A stretch of DNA of 64,000 nucleotides from Bradyrhizobium sp. (GCA_035575905.1 DATLXL010000023.1:4617-68616), one strand, 5' to 3'. Positions 37,017-46,675 are shown, counted from the stretch's first letter. Notes: generated from the letters alone by a model not told the origin. Numbers and translations are program-made.

Positions 37017-38243
37017 ATGACGCAATCAATCAAGACCCGCTGCTGCATCGTCGGCGGCGGGCCGGCCGGGATGATGCTCGGCTACCTGCTGGGACGCGCG
37101 GGCATCGACGCGGTCGTGCTGGAGAAGCACGCCGACTTCTTCCGCGATTTCCGCGGCGACACCGTGCATCCGTCGACGTTGCAGGTGATGGACGAACTCG
37201 GCCTGATCGACGGCTTTCTCAAGTTGCCGCACCAGCAGTTGCAGAAGATGGACGGTCTGTTCGCCGGTGAATCAGTCCGGATCGCCGACCTCAGCCGTCT
37301 GCCTGTCAAATACCCGTACATCGCCTTCATGCCGCAATGGGATTTCCTCGACTTCCTGCGCCAGGCGGGCAGCCGTTTTCCGTCGCTGAAGGTGATGATG
37401 AGCACCGAGGCCGTCGACCTGATCCGCGAAGGCGGGCGCATCGCCGGCGTGCGCGCCAGGGCGCCGCAAGGCGTGATCGACATCGCGGCCGATCTCACCA
37501 TCGCCTGCGACGGCCGTCATTCGACGGTGCGCGATCGCGCCGGCCTTCACGTGGAGGAGATCGGCGCGCCGATGGACGTCTTGTGGTTTCGCGCCGGCAA
37601 GCGCGCCGATGAGACCGAAAAGATCTTCGCGCGCGTCGATCCCGGCAAGATGATGGTTACCTTCGACCGCGGCGACTACTGGCAATGCGCTTATGTGATC
37701 CCGAAAGGCGGCTACGAGGCGGTGAAGGCGAGGGGATTGCCGGCGCTGCTCGACGATATCGTCGGCATGGCGCCGGTGCTGAAATCCGGCATCGCGGACG
37801 TGAAGGGCTGGGACGACATGAAGCTGCTGACGGTGGCGATCAACCGCCTCGACAAGTGGGCGCAGCCGGGCCTGCTGTGCATCGGCGATGCCGCGCATGC
37901 GATGTCGCCGATGGGCGGAGTGGGCGTCAATCTCGCCGTGCAGGACGCGGTCGCCGCGGCAAATCTGCTCGCCGCGGCGCTGCAGCGGGGCGCGCCGAGC
38001 GAGTCCGAGCTCGATGCCGTGCAGGCGCGGCGCGAATTTCCGGTGAAGATGACCCAGCGCATGCAGGTCGTGATGCAGGACAATATCGTGGCGATGGCGC
38101 TGAGGCAGGGCACGAAAACGCTGAAGGCGCCGCTACCCCTGCGCATCATTACCGCGATCCCCTGGCTGCAGGGGATCACCGCGCGCTTCGTGGGGATAGG
38201 CGTGCGTCCGGAGCACGTGCACTCGCCGGTCGCGGGCGGGTAA
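37017..38243 (+). CDS. FAD-dependent monooxygenase/oxidoreductase (UbiH/PHBH-like)
   Basis: Dinucleotide-binding motif CCIVGGGPAGMMLGYLL, plus GDAAHAMSPMGGVGVNLAVQDA typical of flavoprotein monooxygenases. Confidence 0.85.
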   Translation: MTQSIKTRCCIVGGGPAGMMLGYLLGRAGIDAVVLEKHADFFRDFRGDTVHPSTLQVMDELGLIDGFLKLPHQQLQKMDGLFAGESVRIADLSRLPVKYPYIAFMPQWDFLDFLRQAGSRFPSLKVMMSTEAVDLIREGGRIAGVRARAPQGVIDIAADLTIACDGRHSTVRDRAGLHVEEIGAPMDVLWFRAGKRADETEKIFARVDPGKMMVTFDRGDYWQCAYVIPKGGYEAVKARGLPALLDDIVGMAPVLKSGIADVKGWDDMKLLTVAINRLDKWAQPGLLCIGDAAHAMSPMGGVGVNLAVQDAVAAANLLAAALQRGAPSESELDAVQARREFPVKMTQRMQVVMQDNIVAMALRQGTKTLKAPLPLRIITAIPWLQGITARFVGIGVRPEHVHSPVAGG

Positions 38244-38330
38244 GTTTCTGCAAGGAAACCGTGGTGTCACACGACGGTCGTGGCCGCAGGCTATCTGTGA
38301 CAGTGGGCATGGATGGGCGTGGGTTGAGTT

Positions 38331-39110
38331 ATGAAAAAGTTTGTATTGGCGTTGTCGGCCGTTGTTTTTGGTTCTGTTGCCGCGTCGGCGGCGGACCTGC
38401 CGGCGAGGACCGTGAAGGCACTGCCTCCGGCTCCGATTTACAACTGGACCGGCTTCTATCTCGGCGTCGATGCCGGCGGTGGCTGGGAACAGTTTGACGG
38501 CAGCTATGTGATACCGCCGCCCGATCGCCACTCGTCTTCCGCCAGCCGTTTCCTGGGCGGCGGCTTTGTCGGCGGCCAGTATCAGGTTAGCAACTGGGTT
38601 TTCGGCGCCGAAGCCAGCTACACCGGTTTCGAGGATTCCTGGTCCAGCTCGGTCAGCCGGAGCGGCGATTGTCTGGCCAGCATTGCCGGCCGTACCTGCA
38701 CCCACAAGTTCAAGGACCTGTGGGACATCGGCGGCAAGGTCGGCTTCGCGTTCGACCGCTGGATGGTTTACGGCACGGGCGGCTATGCGTCCGTTCAGCT
38801 CGACACCCAGACGCTGCTCACGGGCACCCAGACCGTTACATCGCAGAGCAGCTACCGGCACGATGGCTGGTTCGCGGGCGTCGGTGCTGACGTGATCGTC
38901 ACCAAATGGGGCGCCACCGATCTCATCCTTGGCCTGCAGTACAAGCACTATGAGTTCGATAACGTCCGGCACTTTGCCGCGACGCCCGGCCTGCCTGCTC
39001 CGGTCGTGCCGGACGCGAACACGCGCGACATCAACGGCAAGGCGGATGTCGTGACCGGCCGTCTGTCGGTGAAGTTTGGACCGGCGCCCGCCGTTTTCGC
39101 GAAGTACTGA
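38331..39110 (+). CDS. Outer-membrane beta-barrel protein (Omp25/Omp31/RopB-like porin family)
   Basis: Signal peptide MKKFVLALSAVVFGSVAASAADL, NWTGFYLGV start of the barrel, C-terminal aromatic (VFAKY). Confidence 0.85.
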   Translation: MKKFVLALSAVVFGSVAASAADLPARTVKALPPAPIYNWTGFYLGVDAGGGWEQFDGSYVIPPPDRHSSSASRFLGGGFVGGQYQVSNWVFGAEASYTGFEDSWSSSVSRSGDCLASIAGRTCTHKFKDLWDIGGKVGFAFDRWMVYGTGGYASVQLDTQTLLTGTQTVTSQSSYRHDGWFAGVGADVIVTKWGATDLILGLQYKHYEFDNVRHFAATPGLPAPVVPDANTRDINGKADVVTGRLSVKFGPAPAVFAKY

Positions 39111-39133
39111 TTTCTCAAGAGCTCGCGCAAAAA

Positions 39134-39160
39134 AGCCCCGGCCGAAGCCGGGGCTTTTTT
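39134..39160 (+). terminator. Rho-independent terminator of the porin gene
   Basis: AGCCCCGGC-CGAA-GCCGGGGCT followed by TTTTTT. Confidence 0.85.
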
Positions 39161-39178
39161 CGTTCCGGCGAGCAGCGA

Positions 39179-39227
39179 GAGCATGATCCGGAAAAGTGTG
39201 AAGCGGTTTTCCGAAAAGATCATGCTC
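39179..39227. repeat. REP-like palindrome GAGCATGATC...GATCATGCTC
   Basis: 10-bp terminal inverted repeat with inner CGGAAAA/TTTTCCG pairing. Confidence 0.6.
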
Positions 39228-39237
39228 AAACCACAAC

Positions 39238-39280
39238 CTAAAGCGCGATGATGATGGGTCCAGATCTCATCGCGCTTTAG
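39238..39280. repeat. Palindrome CTAAAGCGCGATGA...TCATCGCGCTTTAG overlapping the SDR stop codon
   Basis: 14-bp perfect inverted repeat arms (39238-39251 / 39267-39280). Confidence 0.5.
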
Positions 39281-40047
39281 CTCATGACGGAGAAGCCGCC
39301 ATCGACGGGAATGGCGGTGCCCGTGACGAAATCCGATGCGGGCGAGGCGAGGAAGACGGCTATTCCAGCGAAATCGTCGATTTCGCCCCAGCGCGCGGCC
39401 GGCGTTCGGGCCAGCACCCGCTCGTGCAGTCCGGCGACCTGCTGGCGGGCACCCTTCGTCAGCGCGGTGTCGATCCAGCCGGGCAGGATGGCGTTGACCT
39501 GGATGTTGTCGGGCGCCCAGGCGCAGGCGCAGGAACGCGAGAACTGCACGATGCCGCCTTTGCTGGCGGCATAGGCCGGCGCGTAGCTGCCGGCAAAGAT
39601 CGACATCATCGAGCCGATATTGATGACCTTGCCGCGGCCGGACGCCTTCAGCGCAGGGTAAGCGGCTTTCGAGCACAGGAAGGCGCTGGTCAGGTTGGTG
39701 TCCATCACCGTATTCCACTCGTCCAGCTCGAGCTCATGCGTCGGCTTGCGGATGCTGGTGCCGGCATTGTTGACGAGGATGTCGATCCGGCCGAGCTCCT
39801 TGCCGACGCGCTCGATCATGGCGGCGACAGCGGCCTTGTCGGTGACATCGGTGGCGACCGCAATCGCCTTGACGCCGCGCCCGCGCAATTCCTCCACGGC
39901 AGCGGCCGACTTCGTCTCGTTGCGTCCCACTACCGCAATGTCAGCACCGGCATCCGCGAGCCCGCGCGCCAGGCCGAGGCCGATGCCGCCATTGCCGCCG
40001 GTCACGATCGCGACCCTGCCCGCGAGATCGAAGAGTTTTGTCGTCAT
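39277..40047 (-). CDS. SDR-family oxidoreductase
   Basis: ATG 40047. Cofactor motif AIVTGGNGGIGLG, catalytic YAASKGGI. Confidence 0.9.
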   Translation of the reverse strand: MTTKLFDLAGRVAIVTGGNGGIGLGLARGLADAGADIAVVGRNETKSAAAVEELRGRGVKAIAVATDVTDKAAVAAMIERVGKELGRIDILVNNAGTSIRKPTHELELDEWNTVMDTNLTSAFLCSKAAYPALKASGRGKVINIGSMMSIFAGSYAPAYAASKGGIVQFSRSCACAWAPDNIQVNAILPGWIDTALTKGARQQVAGLHERVLARTPAARWGEIDDFAGIAVFLASPASDFVTGTAIPVDGGFSVMS

Positions 40048-40072
40048 CCTGTGCGTTTCCCTTTTTCTCGTC

Positions 40073-40095
40073 ATGCCCGGGCTTGTCCCGGGCAT
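40073..40095. repeat. REP-like hairpin ATGCCCGGG-CTTGT-CCCGGGCAT
   Basis: 9-bp perfect stem in the SDR upstream region. Confidence 0.5.
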
Positions 40096-40242
40096 CCACG
40101 CCGCCAGAAAGATGGAGGTGGATGGGCGGGTCCCGTCTCCGTCAAGACTATTCCGGGCCACGAACCCGCTCGGCGAAGCTTAAGCGAAGGTGGCAAGCCC
40201 GGCCAGGACGCAAGGGCGAGGAATGTGCGCCGACCGGCTCCT

Positions 40243-40428
40243 TCAGCGTTTTCCCTGCCAGATCAGGATCAATCCAGCCGCCGAGAGCAGCGCGCCATAT
40301 TCCGCCCAATGCAGGCGGCCGACCATGAAGCTCGACTCCGGCCAGGCGATCCAACCGGTGCCCTGGCCGATCCAGAGCAGCCCGATCGCCAGCGCGAGAA
40401 AGCCGAGGGTGAGCAGCAGCTTGCGCAT
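40243..40428 (-). CDS. Small two-helix membrane protein (61 aa), hypothetical
   Basis: ATG 40428 preceded by AAGGATGG. MRKLLLTLGFLALAIGLLWIGQGTGW...YGALLSAAGLILIWQGKR. Confidence 0.45.
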   Translation of the reverse strand: MRKLLLTLGFLALAIGLLWIGQGTGWIAWPESSFMVGRLHWAEYGALLSAAGLILIWQGKR

Positions 40429-40594
40429 GGGTTTCCATCCTTGTTGCGGCGCTGTCCGCATCGCATCCGGTTGAAAACCGAGAGCGTGCCCGGCCGCTAC
40501 TCTGGATCGAATACAATGCCGCGCGGTCCGGCAAGAGGGTACCTCGCATGCCCTCCGCGCTTGCAAGGCCTCCAAGGGGCGCGTCCGCGGCCAT

Positions 40595-40622
40595 GAAAAA
40601 AGCCCCGGCCGAGGCCGGGGCT
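40595..40622 (-). terminator. Rho-independent terminator of the second porin gene
   Basis: On the minus strand AGCCCCGGCC-TC-GGCCGGGGCT followed by TTTTTT. 21 of 22 stem-loop nt are identical to the terminator at 39134. Confidence 0.8.
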
Positions 40623-40647
40623 TTCAGGACTTCACGTTCGGGAGAGA

Positions 40648-41478
40648 TCAGTACTTCGCGACGACCGGGCCGCCCCAGTTGAAGCGGTAGACCAGCTCGG
40701 TGGTGATCGTCTGCACGTAGTTGTGGCTGCGATCGATCGAGTGCAGGGTACCAGCAGCGCCGCAACCATTGGCGACGACGCAGACCTGCGTGGTGTTCTT
40801 GGTGTCGTATTCGGCCATGCGATACTCGCTCTTCCAGAACAGGCCGGGCAGCTGGGTGATCGCATATTCGGTACCACCGCCGATGAACCACCCGTCACGA
40901 GTCTTGCTGGGAAGAACGAGGCCGGTGTTCAAGCCAGCAATGGTGTCGCCGTAGTTGACCTGCTCCCAGTGAGACTGGGTGTAACCACCGTTCACATAAG
41001 TCAGCAGGCCTGGGAGCGCGACGTAGCCGAGGCGGCCACCGACTGCCCAGGACCAATCGTTCTTGAGACGGCCACCGTAGTTGGCCAAGCCGGCACAACC
41101 GCCAGGGCAAGCAAACGTATAGTTACCCTTGATATCCGACCACTGCGCGTCGGCGAACACGCCGGCCACCCAGCTGCCGAACGGACCGGCGAACTGATAG
41201 TCGCCGCCGATGCCAACCTTGCCGAGCCAGCCGCGACCGCCGTTGTCGTGGCCGACGTCGAAAACAGCCGGGGGAACCAAGGTCGAAACCACAGAGTGAT
41301 CCACGTCGTAGAGCCCGTAGCCGAAACCGCCCGAGATCCACAGGCCGGTCCAGCTTGCCACCGGGGCGACCATCGGGGGGGCCTTGGTCATGGGACGGGC
41401 AGCAAGGTCTGCGGCCGAAGCCGATCCGGTGAGAGCCGCAAAAGCGGCCAGTGCGAGCGCCAATTTCTTCATAGTCAA
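40648..41478 (-). CDS. Outer-membrane beta-barrel protein (Omp25/Omp31/RopB-like), paralogue of 38331..39110
   Basis: Signal peptide MTMKKLALALAAFAALTGSASAADL, SWTGLWISGGFGYG, C-terminal VVAKY. Confidence 0.88.
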   Translation of the reverse strand: MTMKKLALALAAFAALTGSASAADLAARPMTKAPPMVAPVASWTGLWISGGFGYGLYDVDHSVVSTLVPPAVFDVGHDNGGRGWLGKVGIGGDYQFAGPFGSWVAGVFADAQWSDIKGNYTFACPGGCAGLANYGGRLKNDWSWAVGGRLGYVALPGLLTYVNGGYTQSHWEQVNYGDTIAGLNTGLVLPSKTRDGWFIGGGTEYAITQLPGLFWKSEYRMAEYDTKNTTQVCVVANGCGAAGTLHSIDRSHNYVQTITTELVYRFNWGGPVVAKY

Positions 41479-41856
41479 ACCCTCAATCTGTCACGTCGAA
41501 GTCGACGATTGGTGAAGTGCGTTTCGCACTGATTCCCCAAACTCAGTACGGCAACTATACGCAGTTCGCGCCGAAATGCTGTTGCGGCAGGGGCACAGTT
41601 GACCGGAAACGAACGTGCCGCGAATGCTAAAAAAGCGTTACAATTCAAGGGGCGAGGCCGTCCGCGACAGCCGGTGGGCCGCAGGAGCCAAGGTTCCGGC
41701 AATTGCGGCCGGTGACTCGCCGGCGAGTGCCGGCGCCGGCGCTGCCCGTCCGGTCCGCGCGAGCCCTGGGCGGCGGCCCGACGGCAAATCAGTGTCAAGC
41801 ACCGTGGCCGAAAATATTTCGCTTTACCGGAATTCTGGATTTCGTTATAAGTAAGT

Positions 41857-41937
41857 CATCCCGGCCCGTCTGAGGGGCGTTTCGCGATCGTCACGATGCG
41901 TGGGCCAGGCTGCGATGGACGCTTGCTGCATCAGGTG
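41857..41937. repeat. Dispersed repeat, copy A (direct repeat of 43377..43459)
   Basis: Shared blocks CATCCCG, GAGGGG, TCGCGATCGTCACGA and GCGATGGACGCTTGCTGC-TCAGGTG, in the same order and orientation. Confidence 0.6.
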
Positions 41938-41976
41938 CTTCTTGATGGACGCGATGATGCCCTGAAGGTCCACAGC

Positions 41977-42093
41977 GCGTTGTTCGACATCGAGATCGCC
42001 GCCGACACCATCGAGCGCGTGGTCGAGACCGTGGCGGTGCTCCAACCAACCTTTGGCGGCATCAATCTGGAGGGCATCCGCAGCCCGGAATGC
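41977..42093 (+). pseudogene. Fragment of an NAD(P)-malic enzyme gene
   Basis: Translation ALFDIEIAADTIERVVETVAVLQPTFGGINLEGIRSPEC matches the conserved malic-enzyme block (...VFDIE...EPTFGGINLEDIKAPEC). No start and no remainder of the gene. Confidence 0.6.
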
Positions 42094-42278
42094 GTCAACC
42101 CGAGCGCCAGAGATTGCATTCACTTGCACCGCTCGGACGATGTAACCTCGCCTTCGATGTTACTGCCGACGAGATGGCTGTCCTTTCGTAAACAAAGATC
42201 GAGAGATCGCCGGCATTCCTTAAGCATTCTGAGAGAAATATTCTTTATGCAACAACTTGATTATCAGGACGCGCGAAA

Positions 42279-43175
42279 ATGGATGCGGAAGAACAGCTTG
42301 CGCTCTTGCGCAGTGCGCTCGACGCCTTGCCCGTCAGCTTTAACATTAAAGACTCTCAAGGTCGCTATGCCTTCATGAACGCCCAGCAACTGCAAAATGC
42401 AGGCAAGACTCGCGCTGAACTCATCGGGCAGCCGGTCGGGATCGCCGGCGGCGATTACTGGCGCAATGTAGTACTTGAGCGCGACCAACGCGTTCTCGAT
42501 AACGGACAACCAACGGGGCCGTTCCGTGATGATTTTGCGGCGGTATTTGGCTTCGAAGGAGTCTGGCTTATTTATAAGGCGCCGATCAGTCTAAGGGATA
42601 ATGGACCGCTTGATCATGTTGCCACCCTGTCATTCGATATAACGTCCTTTGTGGAAAAAGAGAACGAGTTACGGCGCGCGGCCCTCACTGACGCGCTTAC
42701 AGGGCTCTACAATCGGAGATGGCTTGATCAAGAGCTTTGTAACCTTGCAGCTTCTGAAATGCGGCGCGAGCTGCTCCCAAGCTGGGTGTTTATCATCGAC
42801 GCAGACCATTTCAAGCAGGTCAACGATACACTCGGTCATGACGCAGGCGATCAGGTCTTGCGCGAGATAGGGGCGCGGCTTCGGCGCAGCATCCGCATGA
42901 AGGATATTGCGGTCAGACTCGGGGGGGAAGAGTTTCTCGTGCTCGTACGTGACGTCAAACGAGACGAGGCCGTGCCAATCGCCGAGCGTATCCGCCGGGC
43001 ATTCGACGGAGTTCCCATCCTGCAAGTTGCGTCGCACCCTACGATCACAGTGAGTATCGGCTGCGCGCAACTACACACCGATGCTGATCTAGATAGCACT
43101 TTAAAGCGGGCGGATCAGGCCCTTTACCATGCCAAGCGCTCTGGTCGTAACAGGTTTGCCTTTGATGAGGAGTGA
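42279..43175 (+). CDS. PAS-GGDEF diguanylate cyclase, AT-richer than its surroundings
   Basis: Active site RLGGEEFLVLV with I-site RMKD five residues upstream. N-terminal PAS-like region. A hand count of the first 100 nt gives 53 G+C. Confidence 0.88.
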   Translation: MDAEEQLALLRSALDALPVSFNIKDSQGRYAFMNAQQLQNAGKTRAELIGQPVGIAGGDYWRNVVLERDQRVLDNGQPTGPFRDDFAAVFGFEGVWLIYKAPISLRDNGPLDHVATLSFDITSFVEKENELRRAALTDALTGLYNRRWLDQELCNLAASEMRRELLPSWVFIIDADHFKQVNDTLGHDAGDQVLREIGARLRRSIRMKDIAVRLGGEEFLVLVRDVKRDEAVPIAERIRRAFDGVPILQVASHPTITVSIGCAQLHTDADLDSTLKRADQALYHAKRSGRNRFAFDEE

Positions 43176-43188
43176 GCTGCTGCCGGTT

Positions 43189-43293
43189 TGATGGACACCC
43201 GGATTGGGTGTTTCATGGAGCCGGAGGTAGGTCATGCAGAGACGAAGGTTCAGCCGAGAGTTCAAGATCGAGGCGGTCAAGCTGGTCAGGTGA
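43189..43293 (+). mobile_element. IS3-family insertion sequence stub (possible left end plus first 19 codons of orfA)
   Basis: ATG 43234 gives MQRRRFSREFKIEAVKLVR then TGA. This matches the conserved IS3 OrfA N-terminus. The upstream TGATGGACACCC could be the terminal inverted repeat. Confidence 0.6.
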
Positions 43294-43376
43294 CCTGAGC
43301 CCCGGCATTTCCGTATAAATCCGGAAATTCGTAATTTCCTCCTGATGTTTCTGTAAAACGGAACTATCTTCCAGGC

Positions 43377-43459
43377 CATCCCGTGCCCCACGAGGGGACG
43401 TATCGCGATCGTCACGACATGTCGGCGCGGGTTGCGATGGACGCTTGCTGCGTCAGGTG
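43377..43459. repeat. Dispersed repeat, copy B (direct repeat of 41857..41937)
   Basis: See copy A. Followed to about 43860 by non-coding sequence typical of repeat-rich spacers. Confidence 0.6.
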
Positions 43460-43863
43460 TGCGGCGTGATCCCGGAAAAGTGGAATCCGGTTTCCCGGCA
43501 AGGATCACGCTCAAATAAGGCACCGGACGAAAACGCGGCAGCGTACGACGAAGTCGTGTGGTCCTGGCGCCGCGACCCTGGCGCTACGTTGGCGGGAACT
43601 GTCCTGCCGGCAACGGGGGCAAGAAAGGCCGCTCCCCGGGGAGCAATCACGTATAAGCCGTAAAGCCATTGCGCGGGGAAAGCCGGGATGTCTCGGCTGT
43701 ATCTGTCAAACCCGTGTGCGTTTCTACTCTACCCATTGCACACGGCGATGCGGGTGCATCCGGCGCCCGGCTTTCCCTGCGCCCTCCGATTGAGGAGGGA
43801 CAATGAACTTGGAAAAGCTCAGGTGTATCAGCGCCGTGAGAACGGGCACTCATGTCTCCAACT

Positions 43864-43895
43864 CATTGCTTCGTCGCTTCGCTCCTCGCAATCAC
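43864..43895. repeat. REP-like element, same family as 36898..36925 in inverted orientation
   Basis: The reverse complement reads GTGATTGCGAGGAGCGAAGCGACGAAGCAATG. The copy at 36898 reads CTTGCAAGGAGCGAAGCGACGAAGCGATCC. Confidence 0.5.
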
Positions 43896-43904
43896 GGCAG
43901 GCGC

Positions 43905-45956
43905 TTACACGTCCAGCATGTCGTCGCTGGCGAACTCCGCCTTGTCGGAGATAAAGGCAAATCGCGCCTCCGGCCTGGTGCCCATCAGCCGCTCCACGGA
44001 ATCGGCGGTGCCCTCGCGGTCGTCGGCGAGCAGCACGACACGGAGCAGGGTGCGCGAGGCCGGATCCATCGTGGTTTCCTTGAGCTGCGCCGGGCTCATC
44101 TCGCCGAGGCCTTTGAAACGGCTGATTTCGACCTTGGCGTTGGCGTTGAACTCGCTCTTCATCAGCGCGTCCCTGTGCGCGTCGTCGCGGGCATAGACCG
44201 ACTTGCTGCCATGGGTCAGCTTGTAGAGCGGCGGCACCGCCAGATAGAGATGGCCCTCGTCGATCAGGCGGGGCATCTGACGGTAGAAGAAAGTAATCAG
44301 CAGGGACGCGATATGGGCGCCGTCGACGTCGGCGTCGGTCATGACGACGATACGCGAGTAGCGCAAATCCTCCTGGCGATAATGCGCGCCGGTGCCGCAG
44401 CCGATCGCCTGCATCAAATCGGCAATCTGCGCATTGGCAACCAGCTTGTCCTTGCTTGCGGAGGCGACGTTGAGAATCTTGCCCTTCAGCGGCAGGATCG
44501 CCTGCGTCTTGCGGTCGCGCGCTTGTTTGGCGGTGCCGCCGGCCGAGTCGCCCTCGACGATGAAAAGCTCGGAGCCTTCGGCCGCAGTGTCGGTGCAGTC
44601 GGTGAGCTTGCCGGGCAGGCGCAGCTTCTTCACCGCGGTCTTGCGCGAGATTTCCTTTTCGGCGCGGCGGCGCAGCCGCTCGTCGGCGCGCTCGATGACG
44701 AAATCGAGCAGCTTGTTGGCCTGCAGCGGGTTGCCCGACAGCCAGTGGTCGAAGGAATCCTTCACGGCCTGCTCGACGATGCGCTGGGCTTCGGCGGTGG
44801 CGAGGCGATCCTTGGTCTGGCCCTGGAATTCCGGCTCGCGCACGAACACGCTCAGCATGCTGGCCGCGCCCACCATGACGTCTTCCGATGTGACGGGAGC
44901 CACGCGCTTGCCCTGGCCGACGCGCTCGCCGTGGTCCTTCAGGCCGCGCAGCAGCGCGCCGCGAAAGCCGGATTCATGGGTGCCGCCGTCGGGGGTGGGC
45001 ACGGTGTTGCAGTAGGAGGAAAGGAAGCCGTCGGCATCCGCGGTCCACGCCACCGCCCATTCGCAGGCGCCATGCGCGCCGTTGCGGCCGCTCTTGCCGG
45101 AGAAGATATCCGGGTGCACCAGCGTGTCGGCGTGGATGGCGGCCGCGAGATAGTCTTTCAGGCCGCCTGGAAAGTGAAAACTGTCCTCGGCGGGAACGTC
45201 CTCGACGCCCTTGAGCAGCTCAGGCGCGCACTTCCAGCGGATTTCAACACCGCCGAACAGATAGGCCTTCGAGCGCGCCATCTTGAACAGGCGCTGCGGT
45301 TTGAAGGCGGCCTTGGCGCCGAAGATGTCGGTGTCCGGCTTGAAGCGGATGCGGGTGCCGCGGCGGTTGTTGATCTTGCCGAGGTCTTCGAGCTTGCCCT
45401 TGGGGTGGCCGCGCTCGAAGCTCATGCGATACAGCTTCTGGCTGCGCGCGACTTCCACCTCGAGGCGCGAGGACAGTGCATTGACCACGGAGACGCCGAC
45501 GCCGTGCAGGCCGCCCGAGGTCTCGTAGACCTTGGAGTCGAACTTGCCGCCGGAGTGCAGCGTGCACATGATGACTTCGAGTGCCGACTTCTTGGGGAAT
45601 TTCGGATGCGGGTCGACGGGAATACCGCGGCCGTTGTCGGTCACCGTCAGGAACCCGTTGGCGGACAGTTCCACCTCGATGAAGGTGGCGTGACCGGCCA
45701 GCGCCTCGTCCATCGAGTTGTCGATGACTTCGGCGAACAGGTGATGCAGCGCCTTTTCGTCGGTGCCGCCGATATACATGCCGGGGCGCCGGCGCACCGG
45801 CTCCAGCCCCTCCAGCACCTCGATGTCGGCCGCGGTATAGCCTTCTTCGGCGCCGCCGCGAGCGGCGACCTTGAGGGTTGCCTTGGCCTTCGGCTCGGAG
45901 CCGGCAAAGAGGTCGCTATCCTTGGCTTTCGCCGCTGATTTCAATGATTTATCCAT
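43905..45956 (-). CDS. parE: DNA topoisomerase IV subunit B
   Basis: 683 aa. GHKL ATPase ([14 protein letters not shown]), Toprim ([31 protein letters not shown]). Too short for GyrB and lacks its insertion. Confidence 0.92.
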   Translation of the reverse strand: MDKSLKSAAKAKDSDLFAGSEPKAKATLKVAARGGAEEGYTAADIEVLEGLEPVRRRPGMYIGGTDEKALHHLFAEVIDNSMDEALAGHATFIEVELSANGFLTVTDNGRGIPVDPHPKFPKKSALEVIMCTLHSGGKFDSKVYETSGGLHGVGVSVVNALSSRLEVEVARSQKLYRMSFERGHPKGKLEDLGKINNRRGTRIRFKPDTDIFGAKAAFKPQRLFKMARSKAYLFGGVEIRWKCAPELLKGVEDVPAEDSFHFPGGLKDYLAAAIHADTLVHPDIFSGKSGRNGAHGACEWAVAWTADADGFLSSYCNTVPTPDGGTHESGFRGALLRGLKDHGERVGQGKRVAPVTSEDVMVGAASMLSVFVREPEFQGQTKDRLATAEAQRIVEQAVKDSFDHWLSGNPLQANKLLDFVIERADERLRRRAEKEISRKTAVKKLRLPGKLTDCTDTAAEGSELFIVEGDSAGGTAKQARDRKTQAILPLKGKILNVASASKDKLVANAQIADLMQAIGCGTGAHYRQEDLRYSRIVVMTDADVDGAHIASLLITFFYRQMPRLIDEGHLYLAVPPLYKLTHGSKSVYARDDAHRDALMKSEFNANAKVEISRFKGLGEMSPAQLKETTMDPASRTLLRVVLLADDREGTADSVERLMGTRPEARFAFISDKAEFASDDMLDV

Positions 45957-46144
45957 GTTTCTTCATATAATGCGCGCGAATGCGACTTGCGAATCGGTTG
46001 CTCTGACTATGCCACGCTTGGGCTCAAAAAGTGACGGCCGGAACGGCTGCCCGCTCACGTGCCGAGCCGGGCTTTGTGACTTGAAGTCCGCTAAGCGGCT
46101 GGATTACCAAGGGAACCACAGGGGCCTGAGGACATTTCGATACG

Positions 46145-46675
46145 ATGGAAGATTTCGCGCACACGGTGGCCAATTTCGTGCGCGATCATCAGCACTGGGC
46201 GGCCCCGATCGTGCTGGTTCTGGCCTTCGGCGAATCGCTGGCCTTTGTCTCGCTGCTGATCCCGGCCTGGGGCGCGCTGATCGCGATCGGCGCGCTGATC
46301 GGCGCCTCCGGCATCAGTTTCTGGCCGATCTGGCTCGCCGGCGGCATTGGCGCAGCGCTGGGCGACTGGGTGTCCTACTGGTTCGGCTACAAATACAAGG
46401 AACGCGTCGTCCAGATCTGGCCCTTGTCGAAATATCCGGAAATCCTTTCGCGCGGCGAGGCTTTTGTCCGGGACTGGGGCATACCCAGCATTTTCATCGG
46501 CCGCTTCTTCGGCCCGCTGCGCGCCTCGGTGCCGCTTGCCGCCGGCATTTTCGAAATGGCGTATTGGCCGTTCCAGATCGCCAATTTCATCTCGGCGCTG
46601 CTGTGGTCGGCGGTGCTGCTGCTGTTCGGCGACGTCATGGCGGTCGTGATCGAGTGGCTCTGGCGCAGCTTCTGA
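46145..46675 (+). CDS. DedA-family membrane protein
   Basis: 176 aa. FGESLAFVSLLIPAWG and GRFFGPLRASVPLAAG motifs typical of DedA/SNARE-associated proteins. Confidence 0.85.
   Translation: MEDFAHTVANFVRDHQHWAAPIVLVLAFGESLAFVSLLIPAWGALIAIGALIGASGISFWPIWLAGGIGAALGDWVSYWFGYKYKERVVQIWPLSKYPEILSRGEAFVRDWGIPSIFIGRFFGPLRASVPLAAGIFEMAYWPFQIANFISALLWSAVLLLFGDVMAVVIEWLWRSF

Noticed and set aside
33553-37025. 490-aa ORF antisense to rhlE and 566-aa ORF antisense to the caspase gene
   Set aside because: They have no motifs, are Arg/Gly/Ala-rich, and lie opposite genes with complete catalytic motif sets.
41375-41381. G7 run (C7 on the coding strand) near the 5' end of the second porin gene, as a phase-variation tract
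   Set aside because: Seven-nucleotide G/C runs are expected by chance in GC-rich coding DNA (here Pro-Pro codons), and this is below the length usually associated with slipped-strand switching.
43803-45938. 711-aa ORF antisense to parE
   Set aside because: An antisense artefact. parE on the minus strand carries GHKL and Toprim motifs.
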